Positions 27,555-40,755 are shown, counted from the stretch's first letter. The stretch is DNA of 64,000 bases from Phoronis australis (GCA_002633005.1 NMRA01000276.1:292335-356334); one strand, 5' to 3'. The notes: a model not told the origin generated them from the sequence alone. Numbers and translations are program-made.

Positions 27555-27641
27555 CGTAGTTTCGTTGCGGAATAGGCGGGGCTATTGTCCTGTTACCAAG
27601 AGAAGGAAATTCTGATGGATCAAAGTTTGGCTGCTGTATGT
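27555..27641 (-). CDS. CNOT2: CNOT2 exon DIQQPNFDPSEFPSLGNRTIAPPIPQRNY (copy B)
   Basis: ttcAG / G|GTAAGT; 87 nt; joins Y-V-G-M-V of the next exon as in vertebrate YVGMV. Confidence 0.8.
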
Positions 27642-28861
27642 CTGAAATATTAAAAGGTAGCACACACCATCAGTAAACCATGTTGTGCTGTGCTTTGTAA
27701 AGTTATCACTAACTAGGTCATTGGTTGGAAATGTAGCTTTCGTGAATCAGCTCGATATGAAATGTACCCCTTGTCACAAGTAAACAAGAGAACTGAGTTT
27801 AATATACAATTATTTACATTCACCGAGGGTCATATGCTATTTTTAAGACCAAAAATGTGATTATCACATGTTAGGGGACTCAGAACCAACATACAGTAGT
27901 CACCAAGAGGCGAACAATAGTTTTGTATATGACATCCACAAAGTAATCCATGGAAGAAAGTCATGTTCCATCGAATGTCACTTGGTTGGGCAGTGAGTGA
28001 GCTCACAAACCGTTGTGACTAACTCTAATAAAACTTCCAGAAGAGGCTCAAAAGGAACAGTCGAATATAATTTGTGGAAGATTCCGTGTTTTACAGCCAT
28101 ACAATGGGAGCTTAAATGCAAAAGAATCTGTAAATGTCATTTGGTAACAATGAATAATATTCGTGACCTTCGTGTCAGCAGGCCAATATATACGTAAACA
28201 CAGTCTGTACAGATGATGTGTATTGAAGCTTGTCAGCAGGCCAATATATACGGAAACACAGTCTGGAGAGTTAAAAAATTACAATGTGTCCAAATCTGCA
28301 AATGTCATTTGGTAACAATGGATAATATTCGTGACCTTCGTGTCAGCAGGCCAATATATACAGAAACACAGTCTGTACAGATGATGTGTATTGAAGCTTG
28401 TCAGCAGGACAATATATACCAAACACAGTCTGTACAGAGGATGTGTATTGAAATTCAGTGAACATTTTAGCCTTTGAATACACATCTTTTGAATACACAT
28501 CTCTTTGTGCAATACCATGATGGAGGAAGCTGTGATGCCTTGATGAAGATTTGCATTCACCAAGTGTTTTATACTTCAAAGTTATTTCAAAAATACACAA
28601 CATCGGAAACTGGAGTTTCAATTTTGCTGACCTTGTCGCAGCAGCGTTTAAGTTGTGGCTTGTGAACCACAATGGAATCTCCAATATTTCACTAAAAATA
28701 ACTTTTTAAGAAGAATTATTTATTGCCGCAACAGAGAGACTACAACAATTGCATTAGAAATATTGTTGTCTGGAGAGTTAAAAAATTACAATGTGTCCAA
28801 ATCATACAAGAATGAGTTATTCTAATCTGAGTAGCGCAACCACTAATAGTAAAATGTATAC

Positions 28862-28926
28862 CTTGAGACCTCTGTGGAAAACCAGTGAAGCCTGACACAC
28901 TAGTCATTGCATTGCTGGGTGTAGAG
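28862..28926 (-). CDS. CNOT2: CNOT2 exon STPSNAMTSVSGFTGFPQRSQ (copy B)
   Basis: Same sequence and splice sites as 31922-31986. Confidence 0.7.
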
Positions 28927-30811
28927 CTGTAATACACAAGTGAACAAACAAAGGTGTACCATATGATCAACCAGCTGATATCTGTTTGAAACACTGCATA
29001 CTCAGACATCAATATTGTACTCAAATGTAATATATTGCTAAAACGCAATTGGTATGCGCAATTTAAATGTTCAAATATCAGTAAAAAGGACCACCATACA
29101 TAATTGCATTCAATGGATCTTTTGCTAATAGACCTTGTTACGCACACAATAATACAGGCACATATCTGCTGTGGAGTACAGAGGCACATTGTCACTTTGT
29201 CAGTTAGAAGGCACTGCAAGTCATCATGCACCANCACTACAGTGTTGACTAGCGGAGATGGTAAAACATCTTCGCTGGAGGTATTTATGTAGGACCTATG
29301 TTTCAAAAATGTACATTGAACTGGTCAGGTGTGACCTACTTTTTAACACTTTGTAGGGCCTACACGAGAAAACCACTTATGACTGTCTCACGAATAAAAA
29401 AATTGTTGCTAAAAGCACGTGGCCAGGAAGCGCGCCCTACATACCTGTCACTTGACATCGCAGACATTAGTCTCCAGGAACTATCGATGAAGCTACGCCG
29501 GGTAGCTATATCGGCAAGAAATAAATATCGGGCACTAATTTCAGAAAGTTTCTAATGCCGTAAAAACTGTTGCACTGTTTTTAAGAGAGAATGCCTTATT
29601 AATCACTTTTTCAAAGTATTCATAATTGGTGTTTTTAAAGTAAACTACCTGATAAAATGCCCCACTAATAGTGGACACCTCCGCCACCTAATCTCCCAGA
29701 AAATAACTCAGACTCACACATCCAGTCACCCGGCGACTCAACGACATTCGGCCTTAGGCCCTACCGAGACAAATCTCGCAAGTTTTAATAGTAGATGTGA
29801 TCAGCAATTGCTAAACAAAACGCGTTCTCGCGATACTGCTTGTGTTATTTCTTTAGTTACAATGCACACCTCCGGCAAATGAACGCTGATGACACGCACG
29901 TGCTCACTCACTCACACACGCAGACGATCTTTAAAACAAAGGTCACGTGACCACGACATGTGCGTTCGTCCAGATTTTTGCTGGATACAACCTTGCGCAG
30001 ATTTAAACCTATCTTGTTCATAATACCGAATCCACAGGAACTTAAAATCTTAGGGACGCTATTTGGAAAACTTAAGTGATGTTTTCAGGTAATTTGTTGA
30101 GTCAACTATATTTTTATTCAAGCTGCCCAGTCGACGATTGCTAGGCAGCGGCGCAAAAAGTCGGCGTGCTTTCGCTCTGGGATTTCAGCACAAATTTCTG
30201 TAGAATGATCGTAATTTAACAATGACGAAGTTTGATAGCAACGCATCACAGTTTTGTTGTTTTATTGAAAGCCTGTCACAAGCTACAGATACATCACATG
30301 GCGTAAATTTGATGAATCCTAGCTTCCAATTTCACCCCTTTTTGAGACCGGGTATCAACCGCCTTGGGTTACAATAAGCGCCCCCGCCCCGAGCGCCTTA
30401 ATACGGCGATTACGGTGCTGTTTAACTGTCTCTTACTAAAGTGAACTATATGTTAATTGTTGGTAACATCAGGCTCTCTGATTAGATGGTGAGGGCTGCA
30501 GTACCAAGTCAGTCAAGGTTTTAAACCTCGCGCGGCAATTTTTAAACTTGACGCGCTTTCCCCAGACTCGACGCGGCAAAATCCAAACTCGTTACCACGT
30601 CGAGTCAAAACAGGTAGTGGAGAACACTGCACTCACAGTGACAGCCGTGAATCAGATGACCACTCACAGTGATAGTTGTGAATCAGACACACAGTAATGA
30701 CCGTGAATCAGATGATCAATCATAGTGATGACCCTAAATCACCTGACCTACCAGTTAGCAATAGATGTGAATCACCTGACCCACCGTACAATGACAGCCA
30801 TGATGACCTAC

Positions 30812-30898
30812 CGTAGTTTCGTTGCGGAATAGGCGGGGCTATTGTCCTGTTACCAAGAGAAGGAAATTCTGATGGATCAAAGTTTGGCTGCTGTATGT
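30812..30898 (-). CDS. CNOT2: CNOT2 exon DIQQPNFDPSEFPSLGNRTIAPPIPQRNY (copy A)
   Basis: ttcAG / G|GTAGGT; FPSL motif corresponds to vertebrate DLSDFPAL. Confidence 0.75.
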
Positions 30899-31921
30899 CT
30901 GAAACATTAAAAGGTAGCACACACCATCAGTAAACCATGTTGTGCTGTGCTTTGTAAAGTTATCACTAACTAGGTCATTGGTTGGTAATGTAGCTTTCAT
31001 GAATCAGCTCGATATGAAATGTACCCCTTGTCACAGGTTAACAAGAGAACTGAGTTTAATATACAATTATTTACATTCACCGAGGGTCATATGCTATTTT
31101 TAAGACCCAAAATGTGATTATCACATGTTAGGGGACTGAGAACCAACATACAGTAGTCACCAAGAGGCGAACAATAGTTTTGTATATGATGACATCCGCA
31201 AAGTAATCCATGGAAGAAAGTCATGTTCCATCGAATGTCACTTGGTTGGGCAGTGAGTGAGCTAAGTGAGTGAGCTACTAATTTTTAACACAAACCGTTG
31301 TGACTAACTCTAATAAAACTTCCAGAAGAGGCTCAAAAGGAACAGTCGAATATAATTTGTAGAAGATTCCGCGTTTTACAGCCATACAATGGGAGCTTAA
31401 ATGCAAAAGAATCTGTAAATGTCATTTGGTAACAATGAATAATATTCGTGACCTTCGTGTCAGCAGGCCAATATATACGGAAACACAGTCTGTACAGACG
31501 ATGTGTATTGAAATTCAGTGAACATTTTAGCCTTTGAATACACATCTTTTGAATACACATCTTTTTGTGCAACAACATGATGGAGGAAGCTGTGATGCCT
31601 TGATGAAGGTTTGCATTCACCAAGTGTTTTATATTTCAAAGTTATTTCAAAATTACACAACATCAGAAACTGGAGTTTCAATTTTGCTGACCTTGTCGCA
31701 GCAGCGTTTAAGTTGTGGCTTGTGAACCACAATGGAATCTCCAATATTTCACTAAAAATAACTTTTTAAGAAGAATTATTTGTTGCTGCAACAGAGAGAC
31801 TACAACTATTGCATTAGAAATATTGTTGTCTGGAGAGTTAAACAAATACAATGTGTCCAAATCATACAAGAATGAGTTATTCTAATCTGAGTAGCACAAC
31901 CACTAATAATAAAATGTATAC

Positions 31922-31986
31922 CTTGAGACCTCTGTGGAAAACCAGTGAAGCCTGACACACTAGTCATTGCATTGCTGGGTGTAGAG
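31922..31986 (-). CDS. CNOT2: CNOT2 exon STPSNAMTSVSGFTGFPQRSQ (copy A of duplicated block)
   Basis: tacAG / AAG|GTATAC; 65 nt, phase 2 to 1; identical to 28862-28926. Confidence 0.7.
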
Positions 31987-33200
31987 CTGTAATACACAAG
32001 TGAACAAACAAAGGTGTACCATATGATCAACCAGCTGACATCTGTTTGAAACACTGCATACTCGGACATCAATATTGTACTCAAATGTAATATATTGCTA
32101 AAACGCAATTGGTATGCGCAATTTAAATGTTCAAATATCAGTAAAAAGGACCACTATACATAATTGCATTCAATGGATCTTTTGCTAATAGACCTTGTTA
32201 CGCACACAATAATACAAGCACATATCTGCTGTGGAGTACAGAGGCACATTGTCACTTTGTCAGTTAGAAGGCACTGCAAGTCATCATGCACCATACTACC
32301 AGTTATACATTTATCATGCTGGGTTCAAGGCTAACATTAAAGCACAAGGCATCCAATGTCTGTAACAAGAATGGCAGACCACCCATGAGCAATGGCTCCT
32401 GGTCATGCTGGAACAATAATCCCTGCTAGCAATTTCCATGCACTAACCTGTATGTGGTGCAGGGCTATCTATCCTTTTTGTTTTAATGTTTATTACCAAC
32501 AATATAGCGTACTATCATAAGAGTTAAGCCCAGAACGTACTAAAAAGCATTATATACGGGCTCCCCCCGAGATGGCACAGGTGAACACAGGTAAATACTT
32601 CCAATTTCATCAGAAAAAGCACATTTTGTAGTTTACATAAGCGTATTTTAAGCATTTTAGGAGGTGCCCTCTTGTCACCAGGCCAATGTGATCACAGGAT
32701 GAAAATTTCACCTTCTATGGACCTTGGAAAAGTGTGTGTGCTTACCACAGAACAGAAATTGACAGGAAGCTGTGGACTGATTTATCTTGAACTTTCATTT
32801 CCTTTTCTTTGGGCAGCATGTTTCAACAAGTCCACATAATGACGAAAGATACTTGGACTATCATAACAAACCAGTACACCACTATACCACATATAGACTT
32901 AAACCATATTTCAAGTACGTGACATACAGTTTAGTATGTATTGTAAAACATTTTTAAGGTATATAATTTTCTATGAACAGACATATAACCTTCATAAGAC
33001 AAACATGGTGGAACTATATTTTTCTGGCATTATTTGAAGCACAATTGCTACTATGAACCACCTGTAAGTAAATGATCAGCAATGACACAATTTCTAACTT
33101 GAGAAGAATTGAAAGGCAGAAAAACTAGTGCAGGGGGCAAACAAACAGAGATAAACAACAGTTGGGCAGCGACAACAAAAAGTATGGTTGCCATGGTTAC

Positions 33201-33293
33201 CTGACGACTGGGGATCTGGACAGGGAACGTAGTAAGGTCTGAGTTTGATGGGACAAGTTAACAAAGAGAGAGAAGCGACTGGCTGAACTAGAA
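33201..33293 (-). CDS. CNOT2: CNOT2 candidate exon: SSSASRFSLFVNLSHQTQTLLRSLSRSPVV
   Basis: tttgtAG / CAG|GTAACC; 93 nt, symmetric phase 2/2, open frame; little recognisable homology. Confidence 0.55.
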
Positions 33294-34402
33294 CTACAAA
33301 ATAAACGGTCAGTAAACATAGTGCATAAAACTAGGATTATAAAATAAACAGTCAATTAACATACTGCATAGAACAAGAATTATAACATAAACGGCCAATA
33401 AACACAATGCAAAATACTAAAACTTCAAACAAAAAGTTAATAAGGCATAATCTTGATCTACACTTCTTCGCTCATTTAGCACACAATATGGATGACAAAT
33501 GAAATTCAATGGTTACAATTTTTTAATGTTGATTGCCTTGCTGCACTTAATGTAAACTTTACCACAAGTTACTTCTGTGCACTGCAGACAATGATACTTG
33601 TAAATTGCTTGATCTTTATTGTACGGTAAAGTCGCGTGATTTTCGGACACTGAAAATTAATTCCAATAGAAAAAATTCATTCTTGGACGAATCTCGAGAA
33701 ACATCATTTCTGTGGTGTCCGAATTTGACGGACCTCCAAATTTGGGTTTCCGCTAGTGTCCGAATTTCGTGAGTGTACATTATTTCGATGAACGGTCGTA
33801 GTATCAACATTGCTGGCTCGTTCATTTGACAGCAGTACAATTGCAGGTAAATGAGACTCAAATGGTCTGCGCGATTAATTTTTGAAAATCTGGCTTTCCC
33901 AATAAGAAATGTGCGCTGTCGACGCACAAGACCGTTCCCGACAAGTGTTGGTTCTTCTTTTCAAAGATGTGCTTTCTCAATATGAAATATTCGGCTTGCA
34001 TTGCCGTTGCTCAAAAACCGTTCTCGGCAAGTGACGGAATCTTTTCGAAACTGCGCTATCTCATTTGAAATATCGGGCTGCGTTGTGAAAAAAGAGTCTT
34101 CCTGGTGACAAATATGGGCTTTCCAATGNGATTACAGTCAATTAACATACTGCATAGAACAAGAATTATAACATAAACGGCCAATAAACACAATGCAAAA
34201 TACTAAAACTTCAAACAAAAAGTTAATAAGGCATAATCTTGATCTACAGTTCTTCGCTTATTTAGCACACAATATGGATGAAATTCAATGGTTACAATTT
34301 TTTAATGTTGATTGCCTTGCTGCACTTAATGTAAACTTTACCACAAGTTACTTCTGTGCACTGCACACAATGCTACTTGTAAATTGCTTCATCTTTATTG
34401 TA

Positions 34403-37400
34403 ACGACAACAATGCAGAGCATTGAAATGCGCTCATGAATGCACCGCAAACAGTGTGCTTCTAGGGGTGTTTATTTGTAACACAACCGCAAACAGTGTGC
34501 TTCTAGAGGTGTTTATTTGTAACACAACCGCAAACAGTGTGCTTCTAGGGGTGTTTATTTGTAACACAAAAAAGACCACTAGATGGTGCAAAATATTCAA
34601 ATCCATCCGAAAAACGGAACATGCCATCGCTTCATTAATAGAAAGCTATTTCCAAAACTTCAAGGCACTTAAGAGAAACAGAGGAAAACAAAAAAATTGC
34701 CACTAGGGGACACTGTATTCGTCGGATCCATCCGAAAGTTGTCATCCGTTGCCAACTTCATATAAATATACGTGGGTTTAGGAGATAAAGCTATTGGTGC
34801 AAAAAAACTGCCACAATGAGGTGCCAGAGTAGTTGAAGTTGTCGGAAAATCATCATCAACCTTCCTCTTCACACCAAAAACACAAATGCCAATTTTCAGA
34901 ACCATCCAGCGGTTTGGTTGACAGAAGAGTGGATGCCAAAAACAGACTAGGAAACAGTGAAAATGACCACTAGATGACGCAAAATATGTCCAATCCATCC
35001 CAAAACGAGAACGTCTCATCGTTTCTTTAATAGAAAGCGATTTGTTAAATCTCATAAAAATCAAGGAACTTCAGAGATACAGAGGAAAACTGAAAAAAAT
35101 GAAATTGCCAATCAGGGGCACAGGGTTCGTCAGATCTGTCTGAAAGTCATCATCCATTGTCAACTTCATATAAATACACTTGCTAAATTTAATAAAGATC
35201 CTTCAGTGGGTTCAGGAGATACAGCTATGGGTGCAAAAACCTGCCACTAGGAGTGTCACAGTAGTCGAAGTCAGAAAATCACCATCAACCGTTTTCTTCA
35301 AACTAATTTTCCCAATCATTTTTAGAGTGGCTAGATTGAAAGAGGGGACGGATGTCAAAAACAGACTAAAAAACACTAGGAGGTGCAAAATACTTCGAAT
35401 CCATCCAAAAATGGGAGGATAGCATCATATCCCTAACTGATGCCTATGTGCCAAATTTCATGAAAATCCATCGAGCACCTTTGAAGATACAGAGATAAAC
35501 GTAAAAAAATTGGGGGCACACCGGTATTCGGATCCGTCCTAAATTCGTTGTCATCTGTCATCTGATAAGTTTGCATCTTCCAACTCTTATCAAGATCATA
35601 TAAGGGTTTTATGAGATACAGCTGCTGACGGCAATAAACAGGTAGATTGCCAGGGGCCACTGATATTATCAACAATTAAAGGACAGTGTCGTCACTAATA
35701 GCTGCAAGTTATATTATGCTCGAATAATCACAAATTAAATTAGAAAGAAGTTTTATGACAATTAGCACTTATAAATGTTCTAAAATTGTCACATTAAAAA
35801 CAAGAGCAACGCGGAGTGTTGAAATGCGCCCACAAATGCACCACAAACGGCGTGCTTCTAGGGGGGTTTAATTGGAACATAAAAATAGCCCCTATACGGC
35901 ACAAAATATGTCGAATTCATCTGAAAACTGGTATATGTCACCAAAGCTATTTACCAAATTTCATAAAAATCCATCCAAAAACTTCAGAGAAACCGAAAAA
36001 AACGAAATTGCCACTAAGAGGTTATGAGCGCAAAAAGCACTGTCACTAAGATGCGACACAGTAGGTGAAGTTGTCGGAAAATCATCGTCAGACTTCGTGG
36101 TCACATTAGGATCATATATGCAAATTTCTAATACCATCCTCAGAGTGGTTTGGTTGACAGAGGGGCAGACACCAAATAAAAAGATTCAAAAACAGTAAAA
36201 ATGGCCACTAGGTGGCACAAAATACCATGAATCAAACCGAAATGCGAAGGATAGCATCAACTCACTGATAGATACCTATCTGCCAAATTTTAGGAAAATC
36301 CGTTGAGAACCTTTGAAGATACAGAGGTAAAATTAAAAAACTAAAATTGCCACTAGGTGGCAGACTGGTAGTCGCATCCATGCAAAAGTCGTCGTTGTTT
36401 GTTGTCAAGTTATATAAATACATTTGCTAAATTTAAAGGAGAATGCCAACCAATTTAATTAGTCTTTTTTACCATCTTAATCGGTCTATATCCAAATCGC
36501 CTCTTAAACGATCAACCTCAACTTGCCGAGAGGTGTCGCATTAACCTGTGAGGAAGGTGAGAAACGACGCAGCGACGTCAGTGGTTGGTCTGCAAAGTGA
36601 ATGCCACTATATTGCGGTGCATCGTTCCTGCTTGTCCGAACTATGAAGCTGCGAAGAAAGCGGGTATATCATTTTTTTCGACTTCCTCTAGAGCCCGAAA
36701 TGCTTAGGAAGTGACTCGCTGTAGTGAAGAACCAAAGGTATGCTGTTAATGGCAAGTATGAGGTCGTGAAACATCTCAATGTCTGTGGCCGGCATTTCGT
36801 CGACAGTAATTTCTCTGACGAATTCCGGCTTACTAAAGAACTATCAACACGATCCGTTGCCTGTGCATGTTCACGGCGCCTCTCTAGTATTTCTTGATCA
36901 GTATATTCCGGTTCGAACTGATAGCCTGTGAAACCTAACGACCCGTGAACTCTTCATCGGATGAACTCTTGACTAAGTCTGGATTGGTGCCGGACGAGTT
37001 GCCATGTAGCCATTTATTATTCTGCGTTGTGTTTCAAAATGAATTATTCTCATCCTAACCAATGCTTATATAAAACTGAAACAAAATCAGTCTCATTAGA
37101 TACAATTTGTAATGCCTTGGAGTGTTCGTGTGTGAAAATGTTGAGAAGCTAGCAATAAATAAACAACTGCGTTACCGGCTTTTGATGCCAGCAACACAGG
37201 TAATTGAACGGGCACCGAGGCCGTGGGAGCAAATGCTAATTCAGTGTTTGCTGACACAAATCTGCTGTGAAACAATTACTCGATTTTATATGCTATGGTC
37301 ACATGTTAGGGGAATCTTTATTTAGAAATACAAATACGTTATTCAAATCATTGTTACTGAACAACCTTTGCCCTGACAGTCTGTGGAAGGGGAACCCGAC

Positions 37401-38984
37401 TTCGTGGCTCTCGACAAGTAAGTAGATTTTCAGTTTCGTGACCAATTCACATAAATAATTACGAGCACATTATTTCTTTGGCTCACTGTTACAGTCTTTA
37501 CGTGACTGGAGGTTTAGTTTCCAACTCAAGGGGGTTTATGTTCGTGCCAGTCCCGGCGGCCGCGACGGGCCTGATCAGGTTCCAAGCTTAGGGCCTGGAT
37601 AACGAGTCAGTCCGGTCGCGGCAAGCATCATCGGGTTCCGAGCCACTGGCCGGGATAAAACTAGAGTTTTGTGTGTTTAGAACTCAAAAAATCACAGTCG
37701 AAACAACACAGATCCAGGTTCTCCTGTCAGTATTTCACGGAAGAATACTTCGAATTTATCTCCGAACAGACCCCAAATTCCTGATACAGACCCTGGTAAA
37801 TTGGCCTGCCAAACTTTGCAGGCTACGGTGTGTCCAAACACCAATAAATCCGTAAGAGCGAAATAAAACAACACGTTTTAATAAGAACTCGATGTATTTT
37901 GAAGGGTTTTACATCGAAGTTTGATGATTTATTGGTGTTAAACGATGAATTCAAGCGAAAAGCTGACACCAGTAACCCGTGTTGTGAACTGATGAACAGA
38001 CTGCGGGTGAAACCAACAACGTCATTGGATAATTTCAACACCTCCATCTGCCCTCAGGTGTCAGGTAACGCAACCAAATGTGCCGTGATCGAGTAGAATT
38101 ACTCGATCTAAATTGAAACAAAATAGGTTGTTTTTTGGGTGGCATTCTCCTTTAATAAAGATCCTGTAGAGGGTTTAGGAGATACAGCCATGGGCATAAA
38201 AAAAAACTGCCACTAGGAGGCACCACAGTTGTCCAGGTCGTCGTAAAATCATCGCCAGCCCTCCTCTTAACATTAGGAACATACACGCCAATTTCCACAA
38301 TCATGCTTAGAGTTGTTTGGTTGACTGAGGGGCAAATGCCAAACAGATTCGAAAACAGAAAAAATGGCCAATAGGTGGCGCAAAATGCCTCAAGTTCAAC
38401 CGAAATCTGAATGATAGCGTCACCTCACTAATTGATGCCTATCTGCCAAATTTTATGAAAATCCGTTGATGACCTTTGAAGATACAGAGGTAAGCGTAAA
38501 AAAATACAAGAGCAATGCAGAGCGTTGAAATGCGCCCACAATTGCACCGCATATGGTATCCTTCTAGGGTTGTTTATTGGTACCACAAAGTGGCCAGTAG
38601 AGGGCATATATGTAGTATGTTGTACTTAGCAAAATGGAAAGGCATGGTCATTGTCTCCTCAATAGGCTAGGGGCAAAATGTGAGTAATCTTCATAATACA
38701 AGCACATCCTATACACCAGTTGCTTAAAGCACCACAGAAACATAGAATAAAAACAAATTTACCAACATACGAGATTAGCACAGCATTAGAATGCCAGAAA
38801 CAAATTTCTACTTGGAACTTTTCCTTCATAGTCACGAAGTAACACAAAGTATACACCTGAAGACCTATGAAAATACAGAGGTCAATGTAAAATACTATAA
38901 ATTGCCACTAGAGGCAAATACTAAAATTGCCACTAGAGGCATACCGGTAGTCAGAATCATCCTAAAGTCGTCATCGTCCGTTGT
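34403..38984 (-). mobile_element. Cluster of nested or tandem HINE copies with roughly 140-160 bp core repeats (contains Kolobok copy 2)
   Basis: Three terminal hairpin/subTIR modules (caaYgcRgagYRttgaaatgcgc) at about 34405, 35800 and 38507, each followed by core repeats; 38505-38790 is nearly identical to 50335-50620. Confidence 0.7.
36437..38151 (+). mobile_element. Non-autonomous Kolobok DNA transposon, copy 2
   Basis: TTAA TSD at 36433-36436 and 38152-38155; same TIRs, colinear with copy 1; the empty-site sequence is visible in the paralogous host repeat near 35180-35200. Confidence 0.88.
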
Positions 38985-39039
38985 NNNNNNNNNNNNNNNN
39001 NNNNNNNNNNNNNNNNNNNNNNNNNNNNNNNNNNNNNNN

Positions 39040-40083
39040 TGCACCTACAGTGTCAAGGTGAGTGTTGATGTGCACCTACAGTGTCAAGGTGAGTGTTGAT
39101 GTGCACCTACAGTGTCAAGGTGAGTGTTGATGTGCACCTACAGTGTCAAGGTGAGTGTTGATGTGCACCTACAGTGTCAAGGTGAGTGTTGATGTGCACC
39201 TACAGTGTCAAGGTGAGTGTTGATGTGCACCTACAGTGTCAAGGTGAGTGTTGATGTGCACCTACAGTGTCAAGGTGAGTGTTGATGTGCACCTACAGTG
39301 TCAAGGTGAGTGTTGATGTGCACCTACAGTGTCAAGGTGAGTGTTGATGTGCACCTACAGTGTCAAGGTGAGTGTTGATGTGCACCTACAGTGTCAAGGT
39401 GAGTGTTGATGTGCACCTACAGTGTCAAGGTGAGTGTTGATGTGCACCTACAGTGTCAAGGTGAGTGTTGATGTGCACCTACAGTGTCAAGGTGAGTGTT
39501 GATGTGCACCTACAGTGTCAAGGTGAGTGTTGATGTGCACCTACAGTGTCAAGGTGAGTGTTGATGTGCACCTACAGTGTCAAGGTGAGTGTTGATGTGC
39601 ACCTACAGTGTCAAGGTGAGTGTTGATGTGCACCTACAGTGTCAAGGTGAGTGTTGATGTGCACCTACAGTGTCAAGGTGAGTGTTGATGTGCACCTACA
39701 GTGTCAAGGTGAGTGTTGATGTGCACCTACAGTGTCAAGGTGAGTGTTGATGTGCACCTACAGTGTCAAGGTGAGTGTTGATGTGCACCTACAGTGTCAA
39801 GGTGAGTGTTGATGTGCACCTACAGTGTCAAGGTGAGTGTTGATGTGCACCTACAGTGTCAAGGTGAGTGTTGATGTGCACCTACAGTGTCAAGGTGAGT
39901 GTTGATGTGCACCTACAGTGTCAAGGTGAGTGTTGATGTGCACCTACAGTGTCAAGGGGAGTGTTGATATGCACCTACAGTGTCAAGGTGAGTGTTGATG
40001 TGCACCTACAGTGTCAAGGTGAGTGTTGATGTGCACCTACAGTGTCAAGGTGAGTGTTGATATGCACCTACAGTGTCAAGGTG
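39040..40083. repeat. Highly homogeneous 31-bp tandem array, at least 33 copies, running into a gap
   Basis: gcacctacagtgtcaaggtgagtgttgatgt. Confidence 0.98.
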
Positions 40084-40755
40084 GTTTTGCAAAATCTGTT
40101 TTTCTAGCTACACATTATAAACTTCGAGGACAAACAAACAAACAAACAAACAAACAAAAGATATCTTGCTAGATATGTGGAATATCAAAACAGCCATTTT
40201 CTGTAAATAATGTCTGACATGTATCTAAGGAATGGAAAGAATAAAGTTAAAATTTCCTGGATGTATAAATTGAAGAGGGTAGAAAACAGGGCCGGGAAAA
40301 TTCAATTAGGCACAAGGTCAAAAGAGGGCGTAGCATCCTGTTGTAACAGTCTGTAGAGAACCCTGTACATAGAACCAGAACTACAAACTGTACTGTCAAT
40401 AAATTGCAATGAGCTAAAATTACAAATAACTGTCAATAAATATACTGCATAGAACAAAATTAATGGTCACTAAACATACCACATAGAAGAGGAGAGGAAC
40501 ACGAGATAAGGTCACTATCTTCTTGTCTGTCACAAGATACTGTTACAGAAAATTACGATGTTCCCCTTACTTCAACAACAATGTACATTTCAGACGAATC
40601 AAAATAATAACGCATGGGCAGACAAAAAAGGTTTAGGTGGGTCTAGTCTATGTTTCAGTTACTAAATAAATTTAGCTTGTTAACTGTACCCTGCCTCATT
40701 TACTAACTTAACTTAGTCTTAGCTTATGAACTTTAATCTATGCTTCATTTACTAA

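Larger units (their letters stand above)
26320..32294. other. Tandem near-identical duplication across a single N (29234) containing two CNOT2 exons: probable uncollapsed haplotypes
   Basis: 26320-29233 is colinear with 29235-32294 and the junction is at the N. Confidence 0.8.

Noticed and set aside
39040-40083. CRISPR-like array
   Set aside because: Units are head-to-tail with no unique spacers, there are no cas genes, and the context is a eukaryotic intron. The same applies to all other arrays in the window.
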